In this document: one piece after another, positions 1 to 10,203 of the stretch
Layout of the letters: every line of letters starts with the position of its first letter
Numbering within the stretch: position 1 is the first letter of the stretch
From: Escherichia coli
Lineage (GTDB): Bacteria > Pseudomonadota > Gammaproteobacteria > Enterobacterales > Enterobacteriaceae
Strand: one strand, 5' to 3'
DNA length: 64,000 nt
Assembly: GCF_003790525.1 (NCBI RefSeq)
Contig: NZ_CP033635.1
Notes under the pieces: generated by a model
Told to the model about the DNA's origin: nothing
Seen by the model: only the letters and a program-made list of their open reading frames with translations
Databases searched by the model: none
Translations under genes and position numbers: made by a program

Positions 1-549
1 CTGGGTTGTTAATAGATCAGGTTGCCAACTACCGACCAGGTAAATAGAAAGAAATAAGAAATAGGCAATCAATGGGAATACCAAAAATCCCATTACCCGA
101 ATGGTTGCATGGCGTCCCATCAGAAAAATGAGATTCAGGATTAATACAACCCCCAGACTCACCAACATACGGATGCGAAGATCAATAACCATATGCTTTG
201 CCAGCTGTTCTGTAAGTGAGTTGGTAATTGCCACTGCATATATCAACACGACGACAAAAAAGGCGATGAAGTACAGCGTGGTAATCAGATTACCAATCTT
301 CTTGCCATAGTAGTGTGTTACCGCGCCCGTTATCCCTTCACCTGCTGATGTTTTTGATGAGAGGATGAACTGGCATAAGGCTTTATGTGGCCAATATGTT
401 AAAGGCCAGGCGACCAGAGCAGTAATAAACAGGACCACAGCCCCTGCCGAACCTAACTGAATAGGAAGGAAGAGCGTGCCTGCACCAACGGCTGTGCCGT
501 AGAGCGCGAAACTCCACAGAGTTTCTTCTTTTGACCAAATATTAGACAT
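1..549 (-). CDS. yqeG: Putative amino-acid/H+ symporter YqeG, 5' part only (gene runs off the window start)
   Basis: Reverse-complement translation from the ATG at 547-549 reads MSNIWSKEETLW... and stays open to position 1; hydrophobic membrane-protein composition; position next to yqeF matches the K-12 order. Confidence 0.8.
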   Translation of the reverse strand, partial: MSNIWSKEETLWSFALYGTAVGAGTLFLPIQLGSAGAVVLFITALVAWPLTYWPHKALCQFILSSKTSAGEGITGAVTHYYGKKIGNLITTLYFIAFFVVVLIYAVAITNSLTEQLAKHMVIDLRIRMLVSLGVVLILNLIFLMGRHATIRVMGFLVFPLIAYFLFLSIYLVGSWQPDLLTTQ

Positions 550-803
550 TATCTGAACGTATCATCTACAAATTAAACAAAATGGAGGGCAATTTACCAT
601 AAACCAGGTTAAGTATGGGAGATTAACGCCCTATCTACCTCTCTATTGGTGGGTTAGTGGTTGCAAACCTTACGTGCCAGTTATGTCTCTGACTGCTACT
701 CAGGCGTATTTCCTTTGTGATAATAGTCACTTTTTTTAAACAATTAAGATAACTGTAATTAACAATCATTTACTATTGCACTGTTAATTGGTGCGAGGTT
801 GTG

Positions 804-1985
804 ATGAAAGACGTTGTGATTGTCGGGGCGTTACGGACACCTATCGGCTGCTTTCGTGGTGCGTTAGCGGGTCATTCCGCTGTGGAACTTGGCAGCCTGG
901 TCGTGAAAGCGTTAATAGAACGTACCGGCGTTCCTGCATATGCGGTGGATGAAGTAATTCTTGGTCAGGTGTTGACTGCAGGGGCAGGGCAGAATCCGGC
1001 AAGGCAATCGGCTATTAAAGGTGGTCTTCCTAACAGCGTTTCTGCAATCACTATTAATGACGTTTGCGGTTCCGGGCTTAAAGCACTGCATCTGGCTACT
1101 CAGGCGATCCAGTGTGGCGAGGCGGATATTGTCATCGCCGGTGGCCAGGAAAACATGAGCCGCGCACCACACGTTCTGACTGATAGCCGCACCGGTGCAC
1201 AGCTTGGCAATAGCCAGTTGGTTGATAGTCTGGTGCATGACGGCTTGTGGGATGCCTTCAATGATTATCATATTGGTGTCACCGCCGAAAATCTGGCTCG
1301 CGAATATGGCATCAGCCGTCAGTTGCAGGATGCTTACGCACTTAGCTCGCAACAAAAAGCGCGAGCGGCGATTGACGCCGGACGATTTAAAGATGAAATC
1401 GTCCCGGTAATGACCCAAAGTAACGGTCAGGCGTTGGTTGTTGATACCGATGAACAGCCACGCACTGACGCCAGTGCAGAAGGCTTGGCCCGTTTAAATC
1501 CTTCATTTGATAGTCTCGGTTCTGTGACAGCGGGTAATGCATCATCCATAAACGATGGCGCAGCTGCGGTAATGATGATGAGCGAAGCCAAAGCGCGAGC
1601 GTTGAATTTACCCGTGCTTGCCCGCATTCGCGCATTTGCCAGCGTTGGTGTAGATCCGGCATTAATGGGAATTGCGCCGGTGTATGCGACACGCCGTTGC
1701 CTGGAACGTGTCGGCTGGCAGTTGGCTGATGTCGATCTTATTGAGGCTAATGAAGCGTTTGCTGCTCAGGCGCTTTCGGTTGGCAAGATGCTTGAATGGG
1801 ATGAGCGTCGGGTCAATGTTAATGGTGGTGCGATCGCGCTCGGTCACCCAATAGGCGCGTCCGGTTGCCGAATCCTGGTTTCTCTGGTTCATGAAATGGT
1901 GAAACGTAATGCCCGCAAAGGACTGGCTACGCTTTGTATCGGCGGGGGCCAGGGCGTGGCATTGACCATTGAACGTGACGAATAG
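804..1985 (+). CDS. yqeF: Acetyl-CoA C-acetyltransferase (thiolase II family)
   Basis: ORF track 801..1985 (394 aa, GTG then ATG at 804); thiolase motifs (NDVCGSGL active-site Cys region, C-terminal GHPIGASGCR); starts MKDVVIVGALRTPIG as K-12 YqeF. Confidence 0.9.
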   Translation: MKDVVIVGALRTPIGCFRGALAGHSAVELGSLVVKALIERTGVPAYAVDEVILGQVLTAGAGQNPARQSAIKGGLPNSVSAITINDVCGSGLKALHLATQAIQCGEADIVIAGGQENMSRAPHVLTDSRTGAQLGNSQLVDSLVHDGLWDAFNDYHIGVTAENLAREYGISRQLQDAYALSSQQKARAAIDAGRFKDEIVPVMTQSNGQALVVDTDEQPRTDASAEGLARLNPSFDSLGSVTAGNASSINDGAAAVMMMSEAKARALNLPVLARIRAFASVGVDPALMGIAPVYATRRCLERVGWQLADVDLIEANEAFAAQALSVGKMLEWDERRVNVNGGAIALGHPIGASGCRILVSLVHEMVKRNARKGLATLCIGGGQGVALTIERDE

Positions 1986-2142
1986 CTCTGCATTTCCTCC
2001 TTACCGATAAATATCAGCCGTCATTAATCTGTTGAATAATGGTGGCTGGCGAGTCGACATACATTTTCAGGGCTCCCTGATTTTTCCATTCCCATGACAT
2101 ATTCGTGATCGACACTGCACTTTTTTCAGTCTTTACCTTAAA

Positions 2143-2161
2143 AATGAAACATTGTTTTATT
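2143..2161. promoter_or_regulatory. KdgR operator-like near-palindrome upstream of kduI
   Basis: AATGAAACATTGTTTTATT fits the KdgR box pattern AATRAAAYRNYRTTTYATT as I recall it; lies about 110 bp upstream of the kduI start. Confidence 0.5.
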
Positions 2162-2271
2162 TTTAATTGAAAACCCTATCCCGTGGGCATATCATCCCCT
2201 TATAGAGAAAACGAAACAGCGTTTCACTATCGTTTTCTATTTTCACGCTTCACTGATTATCGGAGGTTGAT

Positions 2272-3108
2272 GTGGACGTAAGACAGAGCATCCACAGTGC
2301 GCATGCAAAAACGCTGGATACCCAGGGGTTGCGCAATGAATTTTTGGTTGAAAAGGTATTTGTCGCCGATGAGTACACCATGGTTTACAGCCACATTGAC
2401 CGTATTATTGTTGGCGGCATTATGCCGGTAACTAAAACGGTTTCCGTTGGCGGGGAAGTTGGTAAACAACTCGGGGTAAGCTATTTCCTGGAACGTCGCG
2501 AGTTAGGTGTTATCAATATTGGCGGTGCCGGTACGATTACCGTCGATGGTCAATGCTATGAAATCGGTCACCGCGAAGCCCTGTATGTTGGTAAAGGCGC
2601 AAAAGAAGTTGTCTTTGCCAGTATTGATACCGCTACTCCGGCGAAGTTTTATTACAATTGCGCACCTGCGCATACGACGTATCCCACCAAAAAAGTCACA
2701 CCAGACGAAGTATCTCCAGTCACGTTAGGCGATAACCTCACCAGTAACCGTCGCACGATTAACAAATATTTTGTCCCGGATGTGCTGGAAACCTGCCAAT
2801 TGAGTATGGGGCTGACGGAGCTGGCTCCAGGTAACTTGTGGAACACCATGCCGTGTCACACCCACGAGCGCCGGATGGAAGTTTATTTCTATTTCAATAT
2901 GGATGATGACGCCTGCGTTTTCCACATGATGGGGCAGCCGCAAGAAACGCGTCATATTGTGATGCATAACGAGCAGGCGGTGATCTCCCCGAGCTGGTCG
3001 ATCCATTCCGGCGTCGGAACCAAAGCTTATACCTTTATCTGGGGCATGGTCGGTGAAAACCAGGTTTTTGATGATATGGACCATGTGGCCGTTAAAGATT
3101 TGCGCTAG
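2272..3108 (+). CDS. kduI: 5-dehydro-4-deoxy-D-glucuronate isomerase
   Basis: 278-aa ORF starting [20 protein letters not shown] (GTG start); matches K-12 KduI; followed 29 bp later by kduD. Confidence 0.9.
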   Translation: MDVRQSIHSAHAKTLDTQGLRNEFLVEKVFVADEYTMVYSHIDRIIVGGIMPVTKTVSVGGEVGKQLGVSYFLERRELGVINIGGAGTITVDGQCYEIGHREALYVGKGAKEVVFASIDTATPAKFYYNCAPAHTTYPTKKVTPDEVSPVTLGDNLTSNRRTINKYFVPDVLETCQLSMGLTELAPGNLWNTMPCHTHERRMEVYFYFNMDDDACVFHMMGQPQETRHIVMHNEQAVISPSWSIHSGVGTKAYTFIWGMVGENQVFDDMDHVAVKDLR

Positions 3109-3137
3109 TTGTGGGCATAAACGAATAAGGTATTGTT

Positions 3138-3899
3138 ATGATTTTAAGTGCATTTTCTCTCGAAGGTAAAGTTGCGGTCGTCACTGGTTGTGATACTGGG
3201 CTGGGCCAGGGGATGGCGTTGGGGCTGGCGCAAGCGGGCTGTGACATTGTTGGCATTAACATCGTTGAACCGACTGAAACCATCAAGCAGGTCACGGCGC
3301 TGGGGCGTCGTTTTTTAAGCCTGACCGCCGATCTGCGAAAGATTGATGGCATTCCAGCACTGCTGGATCGCGCGGTAGCGGAGTTTGGTCATATTGATAT
3401 CCTGGTGAATAACGCCGGATTGATTCGCCGCGAAGACGCTCTCGAGTTCAGCGAAAAAGACTGGGACGATGTCATGAACCTGAATATCAAGAGCGTATTC
3501 TTCATGTCTCAGGCAGCGGCGAAACACTTTATCGCGCAAGGCAATGGCGGCAAGATTATCAATATCGCGTCAATGCTCTCCTTCCAGGGCGGGATCCGTG
3601 TGCCTTCTTATACCGCATCAAAAAGCGGCGTGATGGGCGTGACGCGATTGATGGCGAATGAATGGGCTAAACACAACATTAATGTTAATGCGATAGCTCC
3701 GGGTTACATGGCGACCAACAATACTCAACAACTACGGGCAGATGAACAACGTAGCGCGGAAATTCTCGACCGCATTCCAGCTGGCCGTTGGGGACTGCCG
3801 AGTGACCTGATGGGGCCGGTAGTGTTTCTTGCCTCCAGTGCTTCAGATTATGTGAATGGTTATACCATTGCCGTGGATGGCGGTTGGCTGGCTCGTTAA
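3138..3899 (+). CDS. kduD: 2-dehydro-3-deoxy-D-gluconate 5-dehydrogenase (SDR family)
   Basis: 253-aa ORF with SDR Rossmann motif (VTGCDTGLG) and catalytic YTASK; matches K-12 KduD. Confidence 0.9.
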   Translation: MILSAFSLEGKVAVVTGCDTGLGQGMALGLAQAGCDIVGINIVEPTETIKQVTALGRRFLSLTADLRKIDGIPALLDRAVAEFGHIDILVNNAGLIRREDALEFSEKDWDDVMNLNIKSVFFMSQAAAKHFIAQGNGGKIINIASMLSFQGGIRVPSYTASKSGVMGVTRLMANEWAKHNINVNAIAPGYMATNNTQQLRADEQRSAEILDRIPAGRWGLPSDLMGPVVFLASSASDYVNGYTIAVDGGWLAR

Positions 3900-3920
3900 T
3901 CCATTCTTCTTACTTTTATG

Positions 3921-3946
3921 ACCCTGCCGCATGGCAGGGTTTTTTA
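3921..3946 (+). terminator. Intrinsic terminator after kduD
   Basis: Hairpin ACCCTGCC-gcatg-GGCAGGGT followed by a T-run, 22 bp after the kduD stop. Confidence 0.6.
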
Positions 3947-4213
3947 TACCTGTAGATCATCATAATCCATATCATGGTTATGAAATAATCCATATCAATT
4001 ATCAATTAATGAACTTTATGAATTTTATCTGCTTTAAAATTAGTTGGTTAATAATAATCTCAATAATTCAACTTAATTTGAAAATTGGAATATCCATCAC
4101 ATAACGACATGTCGCAGCAATTTAATCCATATTTATGCTATTTCCGACCTGACACCTGTGTGAATTGTTCACGTATTTTTTCACTATGTCTTACTCTCTG
4201 CTGGCAGGAAAAA

Positions 4214-5632
4214 ATGGTTACTATCAATACGGAATCTGCTTTAACGCCACGTTCTTTGCGGGATACGCGGCGTATGAATATGTTTGTTTCGGTAGCTGCT
4301 GCGGTCGCAGGATTGTTATTTGGTCTTGATATCGGCGTAATCGCCGGAGCGTTGCCGTTCATTACCGATCACTTTGTACTGACCAGTCGTTTGCAGGAAT
4401 GGGTGGTCAGTAGCATGATGCTCGGCGCAGCAATTGGTGCGCTGTTTAATGGTTGGCTGTCGTTCCGCCTGGGGCGTAAATACAGCCTGATGGCGGGGGC
4501 CATCCTGTTTGTACTCGGTTCGATAGGGTCCGCTTTTGCGACCAGCGTAGAGATGTTAATCGCCGCTCGTGTGGTGTTGGGCATTGCTGTCGGGATCGCG
4601 TCTTACACCGCTCCTCTGTATCTTTCTGAAATGGCAAGTGAAAACGTTCGCGGTAAGATGATCAGCATGTACCAGTTGATGGTCACTCTCGGCATCGTGC
4701 TGGCGTTTTTATCCGATACAGCGTTCAGTTATAGCGGTAACTGGCGCGCAATGTTGGGGGTTCTTGCTTTACCAGCAGTTCTGCTGATTATTCTGGTGGT
4801 CTTCCTGCCAAATAGCCCGCGCTGGCTGGCGGAAAAGGGGCGTCATATTGAGGCGGAAGAAGTATTGCGTATGCTGCGCGATACGTCGGAAAAAGCGCGA
4901 GAAGAACTCAACGAAATTCGTGAAAGCCTGAAGTTAAAACAGGGCGGTTGGGCACTGTTTAAGATCAACCGTAACGTCCGTCGTGCTGTGTTTCTCGGTA
5001 TGTTGTTGCAGGCGATGCAGCAGTTTACCGGTATGAACATCATCATGTACTACGCGCCGCGTATCTTCAAAATGGCGGGCTTTACGACCACAGAACAACA
5101 GATGATTGCGACTCTGGTCGTGGGGCTGACCTTTATGTTCGCCACCTTCATTGCGGTCTTTACGGTAGATAAAGCAGGGCGTAAACCGGCTCTGAAAATT
5201 GGTTTCAGCGTGATGGCGTTAGGCACTCTGGTGCTGGGTTACTGCCTGATGCAGTTTGATAACGGTACGGCTTCCAGTGGCTTGTCCTGGCTCTCTGTTG
5301 GCATGACGATGATGTGTATTGCCGGTTATGCGATGAGCGCCGCGCCAGTGGTGTGGATCCTGTGCTCTGAGATTCAGCCGCTGAAATGCCGCGATTTTGG
5401 CATCACCTGTTCGACGACGACAAACTGGGTGTCGAATATGATTATCGGCGCGACCTTCCTGACACTGCTTGATAGCATTGGCGCTGCCGGTACGTTCTGG
5501 CTCTACACTGCGTTGAACATTGCGTTTGTGGGCATTACTTTCTGGCTCATTCCGGAAACCAAAAATGTCACGCTGGAACATATCGAGCGCAAACTGATGG
5601 CAGGCGAAAAGTTGAGAAATATCGGCGTCTGA
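4214..5632 (+). CDS. araE: Arabinose:H+ symporter (MFS sugar porter)
   Basis: ORF 4085..5632; the true start is most likely the internal ATG at 4214 ([15 protein letters not shown]..., the K-12 AraE N-terminus); the upstream 43 codons are an in-frame extension. Confidence 0.9.
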   Translation: MVTINTESALTPRSLRDTRRMNMFVSVAAAVAGLLFGLDIGVIAGALPFITDHFVLTSRLQEWVVSSMMLGAAIGALFNGWLSFRLGRKYSLMAGAILFVLGSIGSAFATSVEMLIAARVVLGIAVGIASYTAPLYLSEMASENVRGKMISMYQLMVTLGIVLAFLSDTAFSYSGNWRAMLGVLALPAVLLIILVVFLPNSPRWLAEKGRHIEAEEVLRMLRDTSEKAREELNEIRESLKLKQGGWALFKINRNVRRAVFLGMLLQAMQQFTGMNIIMYYAPRIFKMAGFTTTEQQMIATLVVGLTFMFATFIAVFTVDKAGRKPALKIGFSVMALGTLVLGYCLMQFDNGTASSGLSWLSVGMTMMCIAGYAMSAAPVVWILCSEIQPLKCRDFGITCSTTTNWVSNMIIGATFLTLLDSIGAAGTFWLYTALNIAFVGITFWLIPETKNVTLEHIERKLMAGEKLRNIGV

Positions 5633-5638
5633 TTTCAC

Positions 5639-5671
5639 GGGCCGGATGTGCTGTACATCCGGCCCTTTTTT
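5639..5671 (+). terminator. Intrinsic terminator after araE
   Basis: GGGCCGGATG-tgctgta-CATCCGGCCC followed by TTTTTT, immediately after the araE stop. Confidence 0.7.
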
Positions 5672-5760
5672 CGTTAATAGAGATTAGGCACCTGGCCGTT
5701 GAGGCGTTTGTCTCGTTCCTTATTCAGCCTTGTTGCGGTAACACACATCAGGAGAGAGGA

Positions 5761-6337
5761 ATGAAAACAATTGGTTTGCTGGGAGGAATGAGCTGGGAAT
5801 CCACTATTCCTTACTATCGTCTGATAAATGAAGGCATTAAACAGCGGCTTGGTGGGCTTCACTCTGCGCAAGTGCTGCTACATAGCGTCGATTTTCATGA
5901 AATAGAAGAGTGCCAGCGTCGCGGTGAGTGGGACAAAACCGGGGATATTCTGGCTGAGGCGGCGCTTGGCTTACAGCGGGCGGGCGCAGAAGGCATTGTG
6001 TTATGTACCAATACGATGCACAAAGTGGCGGATGCCATTGAGTCTCGTTGCTCTCTGCCTTTCTTACATATAGCGGATGCCACTGGACGTGCAATTACCG
6101 GGGCAGGAATGACTCGTGTGGCGCTGCTGGGTACGCGTTACACCATGGAACAGGATTTTTATCGCGGGCGGCTGACGGAACAATTTTCCATCAACTGTCT
6201 TATTCCTGAAGCGGATGAACGGGCGAAAATTAATCAGATTATTTTTGAAGAACTGTGTCTGGGGCAATTTACCGAAGCGTCACGCGCTTATTATGCGCAA
6301 GTGATTGCTCGCCTTGCAGAACAGGGCGCACAGGGCG
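5761..6337 (+). pseudogene. ygeA: ygeA (Asp/Glu-racemase family amino-acid racemase), 5' fragment interrupted by IS4
   Basis: ORF 5761..6354 reads [21 protein letters not shown]... up to ...AEQGAQG, then enters the IS4 left end where the last four codons and stop are IS-derived; the native continuation ([11 protein letters not shown]...) resumes after the element. Confidence 0.85.
6326..6337. repeat. 12-bp target-site duplication, left copy (GCGCACAGGGCG)
   Basis: Identical 12-mer directly abuts both ends of the IS4 element (6326-6337 and 7764-7775). Confidence 0.85.
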
Positions 6338-7763
6338 TAATGCCGATCAGTTAAGGATCAGTTGACCGATCCAGTGGCTGTGTAAGAATCCGGAAACGCT
6401 CACTTGTTTCCGGATTTTTTTATGCACATTGGACAGGCTCTTGATCTGGTATCCCGTTACGATTCTCTGCGTAACCCACTGACTTCTCTGGGGGATTACC
6501 TCGACCCCGAACTCATCTCTCGTTGCCTTGCCGAATCAGGTACTGTAACGCTACGCAAGCGCCGTCTTCCCCTCGAAATGATGGTCTGGTGTATTGTTGG
6601 CATGGCGCTTGAGCGTAAAGAACCTCTTCACCAGATTGTGAATCGCCTGGACATCATGCTGCCGGGCAATCGCCCCTTCGTTGCCCCCAGTGCCGTTATT
6701 CAGGCCCGCCAGCGCCTGGGAAGTGAGGCTGTCCGCCGCGTGTTCACGAAAACAGCGCAGCTCTGGCATAACGCCACGCCGCATCCGCACTGGTGCGGCC
6801 TGACCCTGCTGGCCATCGATGGTGTGTTCTGGCGCACACCGGATACACCAGAGAACGATGCAGCCTTCCCCCGCCAGACACATGCCGGGAACCCGGCGCT
6901 CTACCCGCAGGTCAAAATGGTCTGCCAGATGGAACTGACCAGCCATCTGCTGACGGCTGCAGCCTTCGGCACGATGAAGAACAGCGAAAATGAGCTTGCT
7001 GAGCAACTTATAGAACAAACCGGCGATAACACTCTGACGTTAATGGATAAAGGTTATTACTCACTGGGACTGTTAAATGCCTGGAGCCTGGCGGGAGAAC
7101 ACCGCCACTGGATGATACCTCTCAGAAAGGGAGCGCAATATGAAGAGATCAGAAAACTGGGTAAAGGCGATCATCTGGTGAAGCTGAAAACCAGCCCGCA
7201 GGCACGAAAAAAGTGGCCGGGACTGGGAAATGAAGTGACAGCCCGCCTGCTGACCGTGACGCGCAAAGGAAAAGTCTGCCATCTGCTGACGTCGATGACG
7301 GACGCCATGCGCTTCCCCGGAGGAGAAATGGCGGAACTGTACAGTCATCGCTGGGAAATCGAACTGGGATACAGGGAGATAAAACAGACGATGCAACTGA
7401 GCAGGCTGACGCTGAGAAGTAAAAAACCGGAGCTTGTGGAGCAAGAGCTGTGGGGTGTCTTACTGGCTTATAATCTGGTGAGATATCAGATGATTAAAAT
7501 GGCGGAACATCTGAAAGGTTACTGGCCGAATCAACTGAGTTTCTCAGAATCATGCGGAATGGTGATGAGAATGCTGATGACATTGCAGGGCGCTTCACCG
7601 GGACGTATACCGGAGCTGATGCGCGATCTTGCAAGTATGGGACAACTTGTGAAATTACCGACAAGAAGGGAAAGGGCCTTCCCGAGAGTGGTAAAGGAGA
7701 GGCCCTGGAAATACCCCACAGCCCCGAAAAAGAGCCAGTCAGTTGCTTAACTGACTGGCATTA
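6338..7763 (+). mobile_element. Insertion sequence IS4, complete copy (1426 bp)
   Basis: 18-bp terminal inverted repeats TAATGCCGATCAGTTAAG (6338-6355) and the reverse complement of CTTAACTGACTGGCATTA (7746-7763), one mismatch between them; single transposase ORF; flanked by a 12-bp direct repeat; length equals the known IS4 size. Confidence 0.9.
6422..7750 (+). CDS. insG: IS4 transposase (DDE family)
   Basis: 442-aa ORF from the ATG at 6422 ([19 protein letters not shown]...); the ORF track starts 18 bp earlier at a TTG. Confidence 0.9.
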   Translation: MHIGQALDLVSRYDSLRNPLTSLGDYLDPELISRCLAESGTVTLRKRRLPLEMMVWCIVGMALERKEPLHQIVNRLDIMLPGNRPFVAPSAVIQARQRLGSEAVRRVFTKTAQLWHNATPHPHWCGLTLLAIDGVFWRTPDTPENDAAFPRQTHAGNPALYPQVKMVCQMELTSHLLTAAAFGTMKNSENELAEQLIEQTGDNTLTLMDKGYYSLGLLNAWSLAGEHRHWMIPLRKGAQYEEIRKLGKGDHLVKLKTSPQARKKWPGLGNEVTARLLTVTRKGKVCHLLTSMTDAMRFPGGEMAELYSHRWEIELGYREIKQTMQLSRLTLRSKKPELVEQELWGVLLAYNLVRYQMIKMAEHLKGYWPNQLSFSESCGMVMRMLMTLQGASPGRIPELMRDLASMGQLVKLPTRRERAFPRVVKERPWKYPTAPKKSQSVA

Positions 7764-7775
7764 GCGCACAGGGCG
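7764..7775. repeat. 12-bp target-site duplication, right copy (GCGCACAGGGCG)
   Basis: See left copy. Confidence 0.85.
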
Positions 7776-7891
7776 TCATTTTTGGCTGCACAGAAATTGG
7801 TTTACTGGTGCCAGAAGAGCGCAGTGTTCTGCCTGTGTTTGATACCGCGGCGATCCATGCCGAGGATGCTGTCGCTTTTATGCTGTCGTAG
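7764..7891 (+). pseudogene. ygeA: ygeA 3' fragment downstream of IS4
   Basis: In-frame continuation ...[41 protein letters not shown] ending at TAG 7889-7891; overlaps the convergent lysR 3' end. Confidence 0.8.
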
Positions 7892-8813
7892 CTGACGACA
7901 AAATAGCGTCAAGAGAAGTGACCAGTTTCGGTAATCCCGCTTGTAAATGCTCACTAAACGCCTGCACCAGCGCTGATGACGGGCGGTGCAGGGGGCGGAT
8001 CAGGCTGACAGTGAACGGAACCGCAATGCTGAACCGCCGCACCACTAAACCGCTTGCCGCATAATCCAGTGCGGTGAGTGGGTTAACTACCGAAACGCCT
8101 ACCCCCGCCCGTACCATTGCGCAGACTGACGCGGCGCTGTGGGTTTCTACGATCATGCGTCGTTTAACCTGATTCTCAGTAAACAATTGATCCAGGAACT
8201 GGCGATAGCTGTCAGTACGGGAAAGGCTGATGTAGTTTTCACCGTGAAAATCATCCGGCGTTAATACCTTTTTTACCGCCAGCGGATGGCCCGGAGGTAA
8301 CACACACACTTCATCTAAAGAGAGTAATTCGGTACGTTCTGTTCCCGCAGGCGTATGGAGTGTCTCAGTGAGTCCTAAATCATGACGCTGGGCCGAGAGC
8401 CACTCTTCAAGTAGCGGTGATTCCTGGGGCACGATGTTTAAGCTGACATCGGGATAACGTGCCAGAAAGGGTTGCAGGAGCTGCGGTAAAAAAGATTGCG
8501 AAAAGACCGGCAGGCAGGCAATAGACAGTTCTCCCTGGCGAAACTCGCGCAGACTTTCTGCGGCACTGACAATGCGATCCAGTCCGTACCAGGATCGTTG
8601 CACTTCTTCAAACAGACGCAGTCCTTGCACGGTAGGATGTAATCGTCCACGTATGCGCTCAAACAATTTCAGCCCGATAACCTTCTCAAAGCGCGCCAGT
8701 TCGCGGCTGACGGTTGGCTGTGAGGTGTGTAGCAGGTGTGCCGCCTCAGTCAGGCTTCCGGCGGTCATTACCGCATGAAAAATTTCAATATGACGTAAGT
8801 TAACGGCGGCCAT
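7878..8813 (-). CDS. lysR: LysR transcriptional activator of lysA
   Basis: 311-aa [31 protein letters not shown]... with N-terminal HTH; divergent from lysA. Confidence 0.9.
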
Positions 8814-8934
8814 TAGCGCTCTCTCGCAATCCGGTAATCCATATCATTTTTGCATAGACTCGACATAAATCGATATTTTTTATTCTTTTTATGATGTGGC
8901 GTAATCATAAAAAAGCACTTATCTGGAGTTTGTT

Positions 8935-10197
8935 ATGCCACATTCACTGTTCAGCACTGATACCGATCTCACCGCCGAAAATCTGCTGCGTTTGCCCGCA
9001 GAATTTGGCTGCCCGGTGTGGGTCTACGATGCGCAAATTATTCGTCGGCAGATTGCAGCGCTGAAACAGTTTGATGTGGTGCGCTTTGCACAGAAAGCCT
9101 GTTCCAATATTCATATTTTGCGCTTAATGCGTGAGCAGGGCGTGAAAGTGGATTCCGTCTCGTTAGGCGAAATAGAGCGTGCACTGGCGGCGGGTTACAA
9201 TCCGCAAACGCACCCCGATGATATTGTTTTTACGGCAGATGTTATCGATCAGGCGACGCTTGAACGCGTCAGTGAATTGCAAATTCCGGTGAATGCGGGT
9301 TCTGTTGATATGCTCGACCAACTGGGTCAGGTTTCGCCAGGGCATCGGGTATGGCTGCGTGTTAATCCGGGGTTTGGTCACGGGCATAGCCAAAAAACCA
9401 ATACCGGTGGCGAAAACAGCAAGCACGGTATCTGGTACACCGATCTGCCCGCCGCACTGGACGTGATACAACGTCATCATCTACAGCTGGTCGGCATTCA
9501 CATGCACATTGGTTCTGGCGTTGATTATGCCCATCTGGAACAGGTATGTGGTGCTATGGTGCGTCAGGTCCTCGAATTCGGTCAGGATTTACAGGCTATT
9601 TCTGCGGGCGGTGGGCTTTCTATTCCTTATCAACAGGGTGAAGAGGCGGTTGATACCGAACATTATTATGGTCTGTGGAATGCCGCGCGTGAGCAAATCG
9701 CCCGCCATTTGGGCCATCCTGTGAAACTGGAAATTGAACCGGGTCGCTTTCTGGTAGCGCAGGCTGGCGTATTAATTACTCAAGTGCGGAGCGTCAAACA
9801 AATGGGTAGCCGCCACTTTGTGCTGGTTGATGCCGGGTTCAACGATCTGATGCGCCCGGCAATGTACGGTAGTTACCACCATATCAGTGCCCTGACAGCT
9901 GATGGTCGTTCTCTGGAATACGCGCCAACGGTGGAAACCGTCGTCGCCGGGCCGTTATGTGAATCGGGCGATGTCTTTACCCAGCAAGAAGGGGGAAATG
10001 TTGAAACCCGCGTCTTACCGGAAGTGAAGGCGGGTGATTATCTGGTACTGCATGATACGGGGGCATATGGCGCATCAATGTCATCCAACTACAACAGTCG
10101 TCCGCTGTTACCAGAAGTTCTGTTTGATAATGGTCAGGCGCGGTTGATTCGCCGTCGCCAGACCATTGAAGAATTACTGGCGCTGGAATTGCTTTAA
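8935..10197 (+). CDS. lysA: Diaminopimelate decarboxylase
   Basis: 420-aa ORF; PLP fold III decarboxylase; matches K-12 LysA. Confidence 0.9.
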   Translation: MPHSLFSTDTDLTAENLLRLPAEFGCPVWVYDAQIIRRQIAALKQFDVVRFAQKACSNIHILRLMREQGVKVDSVSLGEIERALAAGYNPQTHPDDIVFTADVIDQATLERVSELQIPVNAGSVDMLDQLGQVSPGHRVWLRVNPGFGHGHSQKTNTGGENSKHGIWYTDLPAALDVIQRHHLQLVGIHMHIGSGVDYAHLEQVCGAMVRQVLEFGQDLQAISAGGGLSIPYQQGEEAVDTEHYYGLWNAAREQIARHLGHPVKLEIEPGRFLVAQAGVLITQVRSVKQMGSRHFVLVDAGFNDLMRPAMYGSYHHISALTADGRSLEYAPTVETVVAGPLCESGDVFTQQEGGNVETRVLPEVKAGDYLVLHDTGAYGASMSSNYNSRPLLPEVLFDNGQARLIRRRQTIEELLALELL

Positions 10198-10203
10198 CTG
10201 CGG

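Noticed and set aside
912-1892. Antisense and alternate-frame ORFs of 60-170 aa inside yqeF, and similar ones inside recB, recC, ptrA, fucI, lgt and others
   Set aside because: They lie wholly within strongly supported genes on the opposite strand or in another frame and show low-complexity, Arg/Ser/Cys-rich composition typical of spurious frames.
4085-4213. In-frame N-terminal extensions on several track ORFs (araE, amiC 40556, ppdB 25700, ppdC 26805, csdA to 51686, argA to 40480, fucR, fucO)
   Set aside because: Each has an internal start that reproduces the recognisable native N-terminus (signal peptide, prepilin motif or known first residues); the extensions are the tracker reaching the first in-frame start.
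6793-7444. Small ORFs inside IS4 on either strand (66 aa at 6793-6993, 123 aa at 7073-7444, 155 aa at 6551-7018)
   Set aside because: They are embedded in or antisense to the transposase gene; IS4 is known to encode a single transposase.
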